Positions 9,791 through 19,513 are shown, numbered from the stretch's first letter. The stretch is DNA of 64,000 bases from Dehalococcoidia bacterium (GCA_034422115.1 DAOUJW010000005.1:64292-128291), one strand, 5' to 3'. Notes: a model not told the origin generated them from the sequence alone. Translations and numbers: made by a program.

Positions 9791-12700
9791 TCAGGAAGTC
9801 GTAGTCTCGGCGCGCCCCACCCTTGCAATGCGCCCCAGCCAGCGCGGCACGGTCTCGTTGAAGATGGAGTAGACAATGGGCACCACAACCAGGGTCAATA
9901 CGGTTGAGCTGAAGAGGCCGCCGATTACCACCGTCGCCAACTCCGCGCTGATTATTCCGCCCTCTTCGTCGCTGATGGCCGCCAGGGGCAGCAGCGCAAA
10001 GCTGGTGGTCAACGCCGTCATGAGAATGGGGCGCAGCCGGACGCGGCCCCCGGTAATCAGCGCATCGTATACCGAGCGTCCACCCTGGCGCAGCTGCTCC
10101 ACAAAGGCAATCAGCACAATGGCGTTGGTCACCACTATGCCAATGAGCAGCAGGATGCCCATCATCGCCGAGAGGCTCAGGGTTCGGTCCGTTATGGCCA
10201 ACGCCGCGAGCGCGCCTATCAGCGCCAGGGGCAGGCTGGTTATGATGACCAAGGGATTCCGCAGGGAGCCGAGGCTGGCCACCATTACCAGGTAGACCAG
10301 CACTATGCCCACCGCCATTGAGATCAGGATTGCCCGCATCCCCTCCGCTATGTCTCCAAAGATGCCGCCGCTGCTGACGTTCACGCCCGGGGGCAGCGCC
10401 AGGGACGCGATCTTCTCGTCCACCAGGAGGCCTATGGCCTGGGTGTCCTCCCCGGAAAGGTCGCCCGTTATGGTGGCCGACCGCACGCCGTCGGTGCGGC
10501 TGATGGTGACTGGCCCCTTCCTGACCACAACCTCCGCCAGCTCCTCCAGGGGCGCCGCGCCGCCCGGACCGGCTATTACCAGCTTCTTGACCTGCTCTAT
10601 GCCGCCTGCGGCCTGCCGATTCCCTGCCAGCACAACGTCGGCGCTCTCGCCATCGATGACAATGCTGCTGACGGTCCGCCCCGTCAGGTACTGGCTCAGC
10701 TGTACGCCGACTTGTCTGGTGGTCAGACCGATTGCGCCGGCCCTGGACGGGTCGACCTGGATGGACACCTCGTCCCGCGCCTGGGCCACGTCGCTCTCAA
10801 GGTTTACCACCCCCTCAACGGACGAGATGGCCTCCACCAGTTGGCTGGACGCCACGGCGATGTCGTCGTAGTTTGAGCCGGTGACGCTGATCTCCACGCC
10901 GCTGGTGGGAGGCCCGGCGGTTATCTCCGTGATCCTGACAGTTCTGCCCGGCTTGTCCAGCTCCTCCCTGAGAGTGGTGGCAATGTCTTCGGGCGCGCCC
11001 GATGGCAGATTGACCAGCAGGCTTGCGTTGTTCTGTCCTCCGGGGGCGCCTCCAAACTGCAAATTGGTCTGGCCCACAGTGGCGATGTACAGGTCCGAAA
11101 TCTCGTCTATCCGCGCCTCTATCTCCTCCACTTCCTTCAGCGTATTGCCCAGGGGCGTGCCGGGAGGCAGGGCGACCTCTATCTGGAGCGACCGCTCTCC
11201 GCCTGTTGGGAAGAAGGTCACCGGGATGACGGCCAGCAGCCCCAGGCTGCCAACGGTTACCACAAAGACGGCCGCCAGGGTGATGACCTTGTGGCCAAGT
11301 GACCACCTGAGAATGGGCGTGTACACGCGCTGCAACCACGTCTCCTGGCCCAGCACCTCTTCGCCCTCGGCGACGACCTCTTCAGGCAGGTCGCCCGGCC
11401 TCAGCAAGTACGCGCCCAGCACGGGCACGGCGGTCAGGGCGACGACCAGCGACGCCAGAAGCGCGAAGGTGACGGTGAGCGCGAAGGGCTCGAAGAAGGA
11501 CCCGACAAGGCCCTCGATGAAGGCCAGGGGCAGGAACACCACCACCGTCGTCATGGTGGATGCGAAGATGGCCGGGCCTACCTCCGTCGTAGCGTCCAGG
11601 GCCGCGCGCCACCGGTCGCGACCGGCCTGGATGTGGCGGTACACGTTCTCCAGCACGACTATGGCGTCGTCCACCACGCGCCCGACGGATATGGCCAGGC
11701 CTCCCAGGGTCATGAAGTTGAGGGTCAGGTCCTGCCACGCCAGGAGCAGCACGCCGGTGAAGACGCTCAGGGGAATGGACAGCCCTATGACCACGGTGGG
11801 GCGAACGGTGTTGAACATCCCCCTTATGAAGGTGGGCCGGATGGTGAACATGAAGGCGAACACAACGGTCACGGCAAAGAGGAACCCGAAGATGCCCTCC
11901 CGCCGCAGCTTGTCAATCTGGGCCTGAATCTCCGGCCCCTGGTCGGACACCACCACCAGCTCAACGTCCGGCGGCAGCTCCGTGAGGCCGTCCAGCACCT
12001 CGCGCACGCCGTTGGACACCTCAACGGTGTTGGCGTCCGCCTCCTTGAGAATGGACACGCTGATGCTGGACTTGCCGTTGGTGCGGGAGACGGAGGTGGT
12101 CATGCCCGGACCCAGCCGGACGTCCGCTACGTCCTTCAACCGCACGGGGCCCGTCTCGGAAGCGCCGACTATCAGCTCCGCAATCTCCTCCACGGAGCCG
12201 AAGGCGTGAGTGGTCTTGGCCGGGACGGCCTGCCCGCTCTCGAAGATGAGGCCGGCGGGTATGCTCAGGTTGTTCTCCGTGAGGGCCGAGGATACCTGGA
12301 ACAGGGATACGCCGTTGGCCTGCAGCCTCTCGGGGTCCACGGATATGTTGACGCGCCGCTCCACCTCTCCCGTGACCTGGATATCCAGAATGCCGTCCAC
12401 CTCCGAGATGGCCGGGAGTATCTGCGACTGGACTATGCGCCTGGTGTCGGCGGCGTCCCGGTCGGAGATGGCGCTAAACTGGACAATGGGGAACTGGTCC
12501 GGCCTGAAGCGGCCCACGTTTGGCCGCTCAACGCCCGTCGGAAAGTTCAGGGCGGAAACGGCGGCTTCCACGTCGCTCTCGGCTGCGGCCATGTCCGTCC
12601 CGAACTTGAAGGTGGCCAGGACAATGGAGTTGCCCTCAAAGCTGGTGGACTGAATCGTCTCCAGACCCTGCATCCCGTCGATGACCGATTCCACGGGATC

Positions 12701-12895
12701 GGTGACGTCCCGCACCACCGCTTCAGGGTTGGCCGAAGGGTAGGAGGTGGTTACCGTCACCAGCGGGAACTCGATGTCCGGGAACAGGTCTACCCGCAGG
12801 GTGTTGTAGGCCGTAACGCCCGATATAAGAAGGAGGAAAATTGCCAGAAGTGTGACCGATCTCTTGCTGATGGCCGCGCCGGTGATGAATCGCAT
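9791..12895 (-). CDS. RND-superfamily efflux transporter (AcrB/AcrD/AcrF family)
   Basis: 1034 aa with the typical N-terminus MRFITGAAISKRSVTLLAIFLLLISG..., a 12-TM architecture and two large loops. No adjacent membrane-fusion or outer-membrane partner is seen. Confidence 0.9.
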   Translation of the reverse strand: MRFITGAAISKRSVTLLAIFLLLISGVTAYNTLRVDLFPDIEFPLVTVTTSYPSANPEAVVRDVTDPVESVIDGMQGLETIQSTSFEGNSIVLATFKFGTDMAAAESDVEAAVSALNFPTGVERPNVGRFRPDQFPIVQFSAISDRDAADTRRIVQSQILPAISEVDGILDIQVTGEVERRVNISVDPERLQANGVSLFQVSSALTENNLSIPAGLIFESGQAVPAKTTHAFGSVEEIAELIVGASETGPVRLKDVADVRLGPGMTTSVSRTNGKSSISVSILKEADANTVEVSNGVREVLDGLTELPPDVELVVVSDQGPEIQAQIDKLRREGIFGFLFAVTVVFAFMFTIRPTFIRGMFNTVRPTVVIGLSIPLSVFTGVLLLAWQDLTLNFMTLGGLAISVGRVVDDAIVVLENVYRHIQAGRDRWRAALDATTEVGPAIFASTMTTVVVFLPLAFIEGLVGSFFEPFALTVTFALLASLVVALTAVPVLGAYLLRPGDLPEEVVAEGEEVLGQETWLQRVYTPILRWSLGHKVITLAAVFVVTVGSLGLLAVIPVTFFPTGGERSLQIEVALPPGTPLGNTLKEVEEIEARIDEISDLYIATVGQTNLQFGGAPGGQNNASLLVNLPSGAPEDIATTLREELDKPGRTVRITEITAGPPTSGVEISVTGSNYDDIAVASSQLVEAISSVEGVVNLESDVAQARDEVSIQVDPSRAGAIGLTTRQVGVQLSQYLTGRTVSSIVIDGESADVVLAGNRQAAGGIEQVKKLVIAGPGGAAPLEELAEVVVRKGPVTISRTDGVRSATITGDLSGEDTQAIGLLVDEKIASLALPPGVNVSSGGIFGDIAEGMRAILISMAVGIVLVYLVMVASLGSLRNPLVIITSLPLALIGALAALAITDRTLSLSAMMGILLLIGIVVTNAIVLIAFVEQLRQGGRSVYDALITGGRVRLRPILMTALTTSFALLPLAAISDEEGGIISAELATVVIGGLFSSTVLTLVVVPIVYSIFNETVPRWLGRIARVGRAETTTS

Positions 12896-12973
12896 TCTCT
12901 ACTCCGCTCCGTATAGTGGTCTATAGTGGTCTTGGATTGTGAAGAAATTATCAAGGATTACGCCATAAAATAA

Positions 12974-12992
12974 CCCCCTCCCGTGGAGGGGG
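12974..12992 (-). terminator. Intrinsic terminator downstream of tRNA-Gln
   Basis: CCCCCTCC-cgt-GGAGGGGG is an 8-bp GC stem. On the minus strand it is followed by TTATTTTAT. Confidence 0.6.
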
Positions 12993-13038
12993 GCTTGACC
13001 GCCGCCAGGTTCTCTTCTCTGCTACATTCCTTGTTATC

Positions 13039-13112
13039 TGGCTGCCGAGCCTGGATTCGAACCAGGATTACCTGATCCAGAGTCAGGCGTGCTACCATTA
13101 CACCACTCGGCA
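13039..13112 (-). tRNA. tRNA-Gln (anticodon CTG), CCA encoded
   Basis: Reverse complement: TGCCGAGTGGTGTAATGGTAGCACGCCTGACTCTGGATCAGGTAATCCTGGTTCGAATCCAGGCTCGGCAGCCA. Confidence 0.9.
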
Positions 13113-13165
13113 GTAAGGGCCAGTATTTCTAGTGTAATACTTCCCCCGATTGCCGGTCAAATAAT

Positions 13166-15610
13166 TTACGGACTCAGCAGCCCCGTTTCCCTCAAATCCG
13201 GTGACCCCTCGTCGTCCGGGTGCAGGCCGGGTTCCAGGCGGTCGGCGGCTATCCCCGATATGACGCCTGCGTTGGCGTCCAGGGTGTCCAGGAGAGAGGA
13301 CACGTACTCCTCCGCCGTCTCGGTGGGCAGCCTCACAAAGTAGTCAAAGAGCCGCATAGAGGACTCGGCCCCAAGCTCTCCTTCGGTCATCAGCTCCTCC
13401 CTCAGCTCCGCCAGGTTGGGGTCCTCCAGGACCGCAAGCCACTGGATCAGGTAGCCAAGCATGTGCTCGTCCAGGCCCTGGTTCAAGCGCCATGACGCCA
13501 GCCGCCGGCTGATGAAGACGTGAAACCCCTCATAGTCCGGGTAGGAGAGGATTGTGGCGCCCGTTAGCTCCTCCAGCTTCAGCCAGAAGGCCCTCTCAAA
13601 CTGCTGGGCCTGGGCCTCCCTGATGCTGCTCAGGGTGTGCCTGGAGGCCGTGCTCTCCGCCGGGTCGGGGTAGGCGTGCCTCTGATGCACGTGGCCCATC
13701 TCATGGGCCAGGGATTGGATTACGTCGGCCAGCCCCCGCTCGGCGTCTATGGCCACCGTCGTCCTCCCGAAGCGGGGCACAGTTATCCCGACTGCCGTCG
13801 CCTTTATCCGCTCCCGCTGCTCAAAGAGGCGCGGGTACTCCGACTCCGGGCTGAGGGCGAACCTCTCCGCGAAGTAGCCGTCTATCCAGTCGTTGAACTC
13901 CGCCCTGGTGAAGAACAGAATCTCCAGGCGTTCGTCGTGGAGGCTCTGGCCGGTCAGCAGGTAGTAGCCCGCGTCCACGACGTCCAGCACCTCCCGGGAG
14001 TAGTCCGGCCCGCCTTCAAGGCTGATGGCCGGCTCCCGTATCTCAAGCAGCGACTCCAGGGCCGACAGCTTGAGCCGTAGGTCGTCTTCGCTGTAGACGA
14101 CGGGGGCAGTTTCGTCGGCCTCCACCGCGCTCCAAACAAAGGTCTTCTCATAGACGTTGTCGTCCTCGTTGGTCTCCACGACCGCGTTATCCGGGTCAAT
14201 CACCATCCTCAGGGTGTGTGGCCCCTCGTCGATGGTCACCTGGTCGGCAAGCCCGTCCCAGTCCTCGCTCCAGAGGAGGAGGTTGGAGGGCATACTGCCC
14301 TGGAACTCAAAGGTCTGGACAAGCACGTCATCGAAGTAGAGGTCTGTAGTGAAGGGAGCTGCGGCCTCCACGGTGCTGAGGTTGTGCACCGCTACGTCCA
14401 CGTAGGGCGTCCTGCCGACGACCAGTGGGTCGTCCAGAAAAGTCCCCCGCTCGTGGGAGATGCTGATGGGCGCGTCCGAGTCCATCCTCCATCCGGGAGT
14501 GAGGTTGGGCAGCGTCAGAGGCGCGGGCGGAGTTGCGTCAGGCGTATGCTCCGCGGCGGGCATCGGCGCAACCGGCCCCGTGCCCCAAGTGAACTCCCTC
14601 TCTATGGTGTTGTTGCTCTCGTCCGACTCCTCAACCGCGCCCGTGGCGTCCAGCACTACCTTCAGGGTATGGACGCCCGGCGTAACCCTGGTAACGCTCT
14701 GCAGCCTGTCCCACTCCGCACTGCCGGTGGCCTCCTCCGCCAGCAGCCCGTCCCCTTCCTGAACCGATATCAGGATGTCGTCAAAGTAGAGGTAGACCGT
14801 GACGTGCTCCCGGATGCTGGCGAGGCCCGTGTTCTGGAAGCCGTACCTGATATAGGTCGGCACGTCCACCGACAGGGGGCCGTCCGCCGCGTCCCCGGCG
14901 TAGGACGTGGCTATGAGCGAGTCACCCCAGCCGAGGGGTACCGACGGGGCCAGGTCCGGCAGCTTGACAGGGATGGGAGTTGGCTCGGGCGCGGGGAGCT
15001 CGGAGGGCAGCCAGGTGTACTCCAGCTCGTATACGTTGTCGGACTCGTCCGTCTCCGGCACCAGGTTTGTGGAGTCAACCACCAGCTTCAGGGTATGGGT
15101 TCCGGGCCGGAGGCTCAACCGCCGTGGAAGCTCATCCCAGTCGGTGAGGCTTATGAACAGGTTGGCCTCCAGATTGTTGGTAGTCCACCTCTCAACCAGA
15201 ACGTCGTTCAGGTACACGTCTATGAAGAAGGGGTAGTCTATGGGATTGGGACTGGCGTTGATCACCGCCCAGCTGAGATAGGTGTCGCCGTCCACCGACA
15301 GCGGCGCGTCGCTGCGAGGCCCGGGCGCGCCCGCGGCCACCAGCGGGAGACGCCAGCCTACGGGGGTGAAGGGAGCGACGTTGACGTTGGCCTTTCTGGC
15401 AGGCGTGGGCGCAAGAGTGGGGATGGGCGTGGGCGGCGGGGTTGGCGTCGGCGCTGGGGTGGGTGTGGCGGTGGGCGCGAGGGTGGGCGAAGGCATCGGC
15501 GACGGGCTGGGCTCCGGGGTATCGGTGGGCGCGGCCTCCGGCCCTGGGCAGCCCGTCGCCAGCAGGGCGCTTACCGCTACAATAAGGAGTAGTAGATAGC
15601 GAGTCCTCAT
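13166..15610 (-). CDS. Secreted lipoprotein with a Pro/Thr-rich linker, three CARDB-like repeats and a C-terminal HExxH metalloprotease-like region
   Basis: Start MRTRYLLLLIVAVSALLATGC (lipobox) at 15610. Linker is PTDTPEPSPSPMPSPTLAPTATPTPAPTPTPPP. Three repeats of about 130 aa end in ESDESDNVYELEYTW, ESDESNNTIEREFTW and ETNEDDNVYEKTFVW. The metalloprotease-like motif is SLAHEMGHVHQRH. Confidence 0.75.
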   Translation of the reverse strand: MRTRYLLLLIVAVSALLATGCPGPEAAPTDTPEPSPSPMPSPTLAPTATPTPAPTPTPPPTPIPTLAPTPARKANVNVAPFTPVGWRLPLVAAGAPGPRSDAPLSVDGDTYLSWAVINASPNPIDYPFFIDVYLNDVLVERWTTNNLEANLFISLTDWDELPRRLSLRPGTHTLKLVVDSTNLVPETDESDNVYELEYTWLPSELPAPEPTPIPVKLPDLAPSVPLGWGDSLIATSYAGDAADGPLSVDVPTYIRYGFQNTGLASIREHVTVYLYFDDILISVQEGDGLLAEEATGSAEWDRLQSVTRVTPGVHTLKVVLDATGAVEESDESNNTIEREFTWGTGPVAPMPAAEHTPDATPPAPLTLPNLTPGWRMDSDAPISISHERGTFLDDPLVVGRTPYVDVAVHNLSTVEAAAPFTTDLYFDDVLVQTFEFQGSMPSNLLLWSEDWDGLADQVTIDEGPHTLRMVIDPDNAVVETNEDDNVYEKTFVWSAVEADETAPVVYSEDDLRLKLSALESLLEIREPAISLEGGPDYSREVLDVVDAGYYLLTGQSLHDERLEILFFTRAEFNDWIDGYFAERFALSPESEYPRLFEQRERIKATAVGITVPRFGRTTVAIDAERGLADVIQSLAHEMGHVHQRHAYPDPAESTASRHTLSSIREAQAQQFERAFWLKLEELTGATILSYPDYEGFHVFISRRLASWRLNQGLDEHMLGYLIQWLAVLEDPNLAELREELMTEGELGAESSMRLFDYFVRLPTETAEEYVSSLLDTLDANAGVISGIAADRLEPGLHPDDEGSPDLRETGLLSP

Positions 15611-15757
15611 GGAAAAAGTGTAGCAGATACGTCTCAGCCTCAGCATTTACCTGCTATGATAGAGGTATAGGTATAGGGAGCATGACAGTTCACTAACGCT
15701 TGGCGCTTCAATCTATCTTTACGCGAGCAGTTTTAAGGGATTATTAAGAGGCAAGAG

Positions 15758-17026
15758 TTGGTCAGATCCGTCTTATACTTCGCCCTTGGCATAGCGCTGG
15801 CCCTGGTCACCCTGGTGGTCATAGCCCTGGTGGTGACCAACTTCACCGGCGACGACCCGGCGCCCGCGCCTACGGCCAATCCCTCGGCCGCGGGGCCTGT
15901 TGGACCAGACACGCAGCCCGCGCCCACGGCCACGCCTTCGGCCGCGGGGCCTGTCGGACCCGACACGCAGCCCGCGCCCACCGACTCCCCTACCGCTACT
16001 GCGCCTGACGCGCCCACGGCCCAGCCGTCGCCCACCTCCACGCCCTCGGCGAACATGGACCGCGACCTGGAGATCGTAACGCTCCTTCGCAAGGACGCCA
16101 TACCGGCCATCCTGGAGCCGGAGTTCCTGGCCGTTACCGAGGCCGACGAGCAGATGAAGGAGGACGAGCTGGTCTTGGGGATATCCATCGAGGGGGACTC
16201 ACGGGCCTACTCCGTCAACATGCTCAGCAGGCACGAGATAGCCAACGACGTGGTGGGAGGCATGCCCGTCGCCGTTACCTGGTGACCCCTCTGTTTCTCG
16301 GGCATAGTTTATGCCCGTGAGTTCGGAGAAGAGACACTGACCTTCGGCGTGTCCGGCAAGCTGGTGATGAACGCCCTGGTCATGTACGACCACCAGACGG
16401 ACTCCCTGTGGAGCCACTTCACGGGGGACGCCATTGAGGGCGACTACCTGGGCACAAGGCTGGAGCTTGTTCCGTCAACCCACACCACATGGGGCAGGTG
16501 GAAGGAGCTGCACCCCGACACCCTGGCGCTGGACAAGGGCGGGCGGTACAGCTATGACAACTACACGTCCTACTACCAGAGGTCGGACGCCGGCGTCATT
16601 GGCGAGACCGTTATCGACGACCGCCTGGCCACCAAGGACCTGGTCGTGGGCCTGGTGATCGGCGGCGAGGCCAAGGCCTACGCCTTCGACGACCTGAGCG
16701 AGCAGCCCGTGGTCAACGACGTCGTGGGAGGCGCAAACGTGGTGGTCGTTTTCGACGCCGAATCCGAGACCGGCAACGTCTACAGCCGAGACGTGGACGG
16801 CCGTACCCTGGAGTTCCGGCTGCTTGAGGACACCGGCTCAGGCGACCTGCTGATGGAGGACCTGGAGACGGGAACCCGGTGGCTGCTCCTCACGGGAGAG
16901 GCCGTTGACGGCCCCCTTCAAGGCACGCGGCTGGCGCAGGTTCCAACCAACTACTCCTTCTGGTTTGCGTGGAAGGACTGGCATCCCTCCACCGGCCTCT
17001 TTGTTCGTGACGGCGCGGCCTCCTGA
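15758..17026 (+). CDS. DUF3179-like extracytoplasmic protein with in-frame TGA (16283-16285), proposed to encode selenocysteine (UPLC in place of CPLC)
   Basis: ORFs 15758..16285 and 16349..17026 are in the same frame, with no other stop between them. The read-through product is ...NDVVGGMPVAVTW-U-PLCFSGIVYAREFGEETLTFGVSGKLVMNALVMYDHQTDSLW. The N-terminus has a TM anchor and a Pro/Ala/Thr linker. TTG start with AAGAGG upstream. Confidence 0.65.
15881..15988 (+). repeat. In-frame 54-bp tandem duplication in the linker of the first DUF3179-like gene
   Basis: PSAAGPVGPDTQPAPTAT followed by PSAAGPVGPDTQPAPTDS. The nucleotide copies 15881-15934 and 15935-15988 are nearly identical. Confidence 0.85.
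16299..16317 (+). promoter_or_regulatory. SECIS-like hairpin 13 nt downstream of the in-frame TGA
   Basis: CGGGCATA-gtt-TATGCCCG is an 8-bp stem. The apical loop starts with G, 21 nt after the UGA. Confidence 0.55.
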
Positions 17027-17150
17027 CCGGCGCGCTTGAACCCTTCAACATTCCGCCCTTTTCTGTTATAGCCTCTTAATATACTTAAGGATTGCGAAAG
17101 ATGGAGCCGTTATGATTTGGCGAATAAGACCTTGGGAGAGGTATATCCGC

Positions 17151-18377
17151 ATGACAATGGTGAAGGCTCGTGGACTTGCCGTTGGCCTGACGATGACGTC
17201 GGGGTTGGCGCTGCTCGCCGCCGGGTGCAGCGAGCCCGCCGCCACGCCCGCACCGACGTCCGAGTCAACCTCCACGCCCCAGGCCACGTCCACCCCTGCG
17301 CCCACACTCGAGCCCGTTCCCACCACCACCCCCTTCCCCCTGTCGGACACCGGCAGGGTTACCAGGGATGAGCTTGTCGCCAGGCTGCAGACCGCCGTGG
17401 TGAGGGACGGCATCCCCGCCATCCTTGATCCTCACTTCGTGCCGCCGGAGTCGGTGCCGCCGGAGTTCCGGGACACGGAGCTTGTCATGGGAATGTCGCT
17501 GAACGGCGAGAGCAAGGCCTACCCCATAGACATCCTCAGCCATCACGAGATAGTCAACGACGTGGTGGGAGGTGTGCCCGTCGCCGTCACGTGGTGACCG
17601 CTCTGCTACTCGGGCGTAGTCTACGCCCGCCAGTTCGGTGAAGAGACTCTGACCTTTGGCGTGTCCGGCAAACTGAGCATGAACGCAATGATAATGTACG
17701 ACCACCAGACGGACTCCCTGTGGGCTCACTTCACGGGTGAAGCCATCACGGGCGATTACCTGGGCACGCAGCTGGAGGTGCTGCCTGTGATGCAGACCAC
17801 CTGGGGCCACTGGCGGGATCTTCACCCCGACTCCCAGGTGCTGGCGTGGAGGATGCCAACCAATGAGGACCCCACCGGCGCGCTGGGCTTCACCTACGAC
17901 CCGTACCTGGGCTACTACGCCAGCGGCTGGGTCGGCTACGGGCGTACCAGGGAGGACAACCGCTTGGAGCAGAAGGACTTTGTGCTGGGCCTGGTGCTGA
18001 ACGACGAGTCCATGGCCTACCCCTTCAATAACCTTGTAGACCACCCCGTCGTCAACGACTCCATTGGAGGAAGGGACGTGGTGATCACCTACGAGCCTGT
18101 GTCGGACACGGGGGCAGTCTTCTCACGGGAGGTAGACGGCCGCTCCCTCACCTTCAACATCCTGGAGGAGGACGGCGCAGACGGCCTGATTATGGTCGAT
18201 GAGGAGACCGGCAGCCGGTGGCTGCTCCTGACGGCGGAGGCCGTGGATGGCCCTCTCAAGGGAACCAGGCTTGAGCAGCTGCCCGCGTTCTACTCCTACT
18301 GGTTCGCATGGGCGGACTGGAACCCCACTACCGGCCTGTTCCTCCAGGAGGGCATCCAAGAGGGCGGCTCTCCGTAG
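17151..18377 (+). CDS. DUF3179-like lipoprotein paralogue with in-frame TGA (17595-17597), proposed to encode selenocysteine
   Basis: ORFs 17112..17597 and 17661..18377 are in the same frame. The product reads ...NDVVGGVPVAVTW-U-PLCYSGVVYARQFGEETLTFGVSGKLSMNAMIMYDHQTDSLW. Lipobox LALLAAGC. GGGAGAGG lies upstream of the ATG at 17151. Confidence 0.65.
17611..17629 (+). promoter_or_regulatory. SECIS-like hairpin downstream of the second in-frame TGA
   Basis: CGGGCGTA-gtc-TACGCCCG is an 8-bp stem at the same distance from the TGA as in the paralogue. The A:T pair of copy 1 is replaced by G:C here, which is a compensatory change. Confidence 0.55.
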
Positions 18378-18547
18378 GCGGGCCCTCCAAGTCGCCTTGT
18401 ACTCCAGGCAGGCGCATCGCCTGCAGAAGGAGGCGCTATACGATTACAGGAAAGTTGGAGACGCAGCGGTACTCACACCAGTGACTGCGGCTGAACGCAG
18501 TCGAAGCGTATAGAAGGGTGGAAAACAGGATAGAGCGGAGGTAGACA

Positions 18548-19513
18548 ATGCACAGATACGTTGCAAACCGACTTATACAGGGGGCCCTCACCGGGCTGCT
18601 GGTGTCCCTGGTGATCTTCGCCATTATGCGCATCGCCCCCGGCGACGTGGCTATGATGATTGCGCTGGAGCAGAACGGCGGAGAGGCGGACCTGGTCACG
18701 GAGCCGCAGCTTGCGAAAATCCGCGAGGACGTGGGGCTTAACGCTCCCCTGCACATGCAGTACCTGACCTGGATTGGCGGCTGGGTAACCGGCGACTGGG
18801 GAAAGTCCATGTTCTCCAATGAGGGCATCTGGGGGAACTTCATGAGAAAGCTGCCCGTGACCCTTGAGCTGGCGCTTCTCTCCATTGGCCTGTCAACGGT
18901 GCTCGGTCTGCCCGCGGGCATACTTATGGCCATAAAAAAGGACACCTGGATAGACTACGTCCTGAGAATCTGGTCCCTGTCCGGCCTCTCCATACCCAAC
19001 TTCTGGCTCGCCACCATGGTGCTGGTTGTAGGGATGTACGCCTTTGACTGGAGCCCGCAGCTGGGGTTCGTCCCGTTCTTCGATGACCCCGGGGCGAACA
19101 TGAGCCAGTTCTTCTGGCCCGCCCTGATAGTGGGCTTCTCCTCCATGGTCACCAAGGCGCGGATGATGCGCTCCACCATGCTGGAGGTGCTGCGACAGGA
19201 CTACATCCGCACGGCCCATGCCAAGGGCCTGAGGAGCACGGTCGTCACCTACCGGCACGCTCTGAAGAACGCCTTCATCCCGGTAATCACCGTTGTCGGC
19301 TTCTCCATAGCGGGCATCATCGGCGGGTCTGTGATTATGGAGCGCATCTTTGTCCTGGACGGCATAGGCAACATGCTGGTGGAGGGCATGAACCAGCGGG
19401 ACTACCCCATTGTGCAGTCGCTGGTGCTGCTCTTCTCCCTGTGGATAGTGATCGTGAACCTCCTGGTGGACCTGAGCTACGGGTGGCTTGACCCCCGCAT
19501 CCGTCACGACTAG
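18548..19513 (+). CDS. ABC transporter permease (OppB/DppB-like), copy 1
   Basis: 321 aa; MHRYVANRLIQGALTG..., EAA-like region YIRTAHAKGL and C-terminal DPRIR. Confidence 0.9.
   Translation: MHRYVANRLIQGALTGLLVSLVIFAIMRIAPGDVAMMIALEQNGGEADLVTEPQLAKIREDVGLNAPLHMQYLTWIGGWVTGDWGKSMFSNEGIWGNFMRKLPVTLELALLSIGLSTVLGLPAGILMAIKKDTWIDYVLRIWSLSGLSIPNFWLATMVLVVGMYAFDWSPQLGFVPFFDDPGANMSQFFWPALIVGFSSMVTKARMMRSTMLEVLRQDYIRTAHAKGLRSTVVTYRHALKNAFIPVITVVGFSIAGIIGGSVIMERIFVLDGIGNMLVEGMNQRDYPIVQSLVLLFSLWIVIVNLLVDLSYGWLDPRIRHD

Noticed and set aside
10881-12916. 348-aa and 427-aa + strand ORFs, plus several smaller ones, opposite the RND transporter
   Set aside because: These are antisense shadow ORFs with low-complexity, Arg/Pro/Gly-rich translations. 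The minus-strand RND reading frame explains the region.
14216-15592. 458-aa + strand ORF opposite the CARDB/HExxH lipoprotein gene
   Set aside because: It is an antisense shadow ORF. The translation is R/G-rich with no domain signature.
16283-17597. Alternative explanations for the in-frame TGAs: an alternative genetic code, or simple pseudogenes
   Set aside because: TGA clearly serves as a stop codon for many well-defined genes in this window (for example trpG, trpC and the HAD gene), so a global recoding is excluded. Independent pseudogenisation of both paralogues at the identical codon seems much less likely than Sec recoding, given otherwise intact frames and a compensated downstream hairpin. 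It cannot be fully excluded without the Sec machinery genes.
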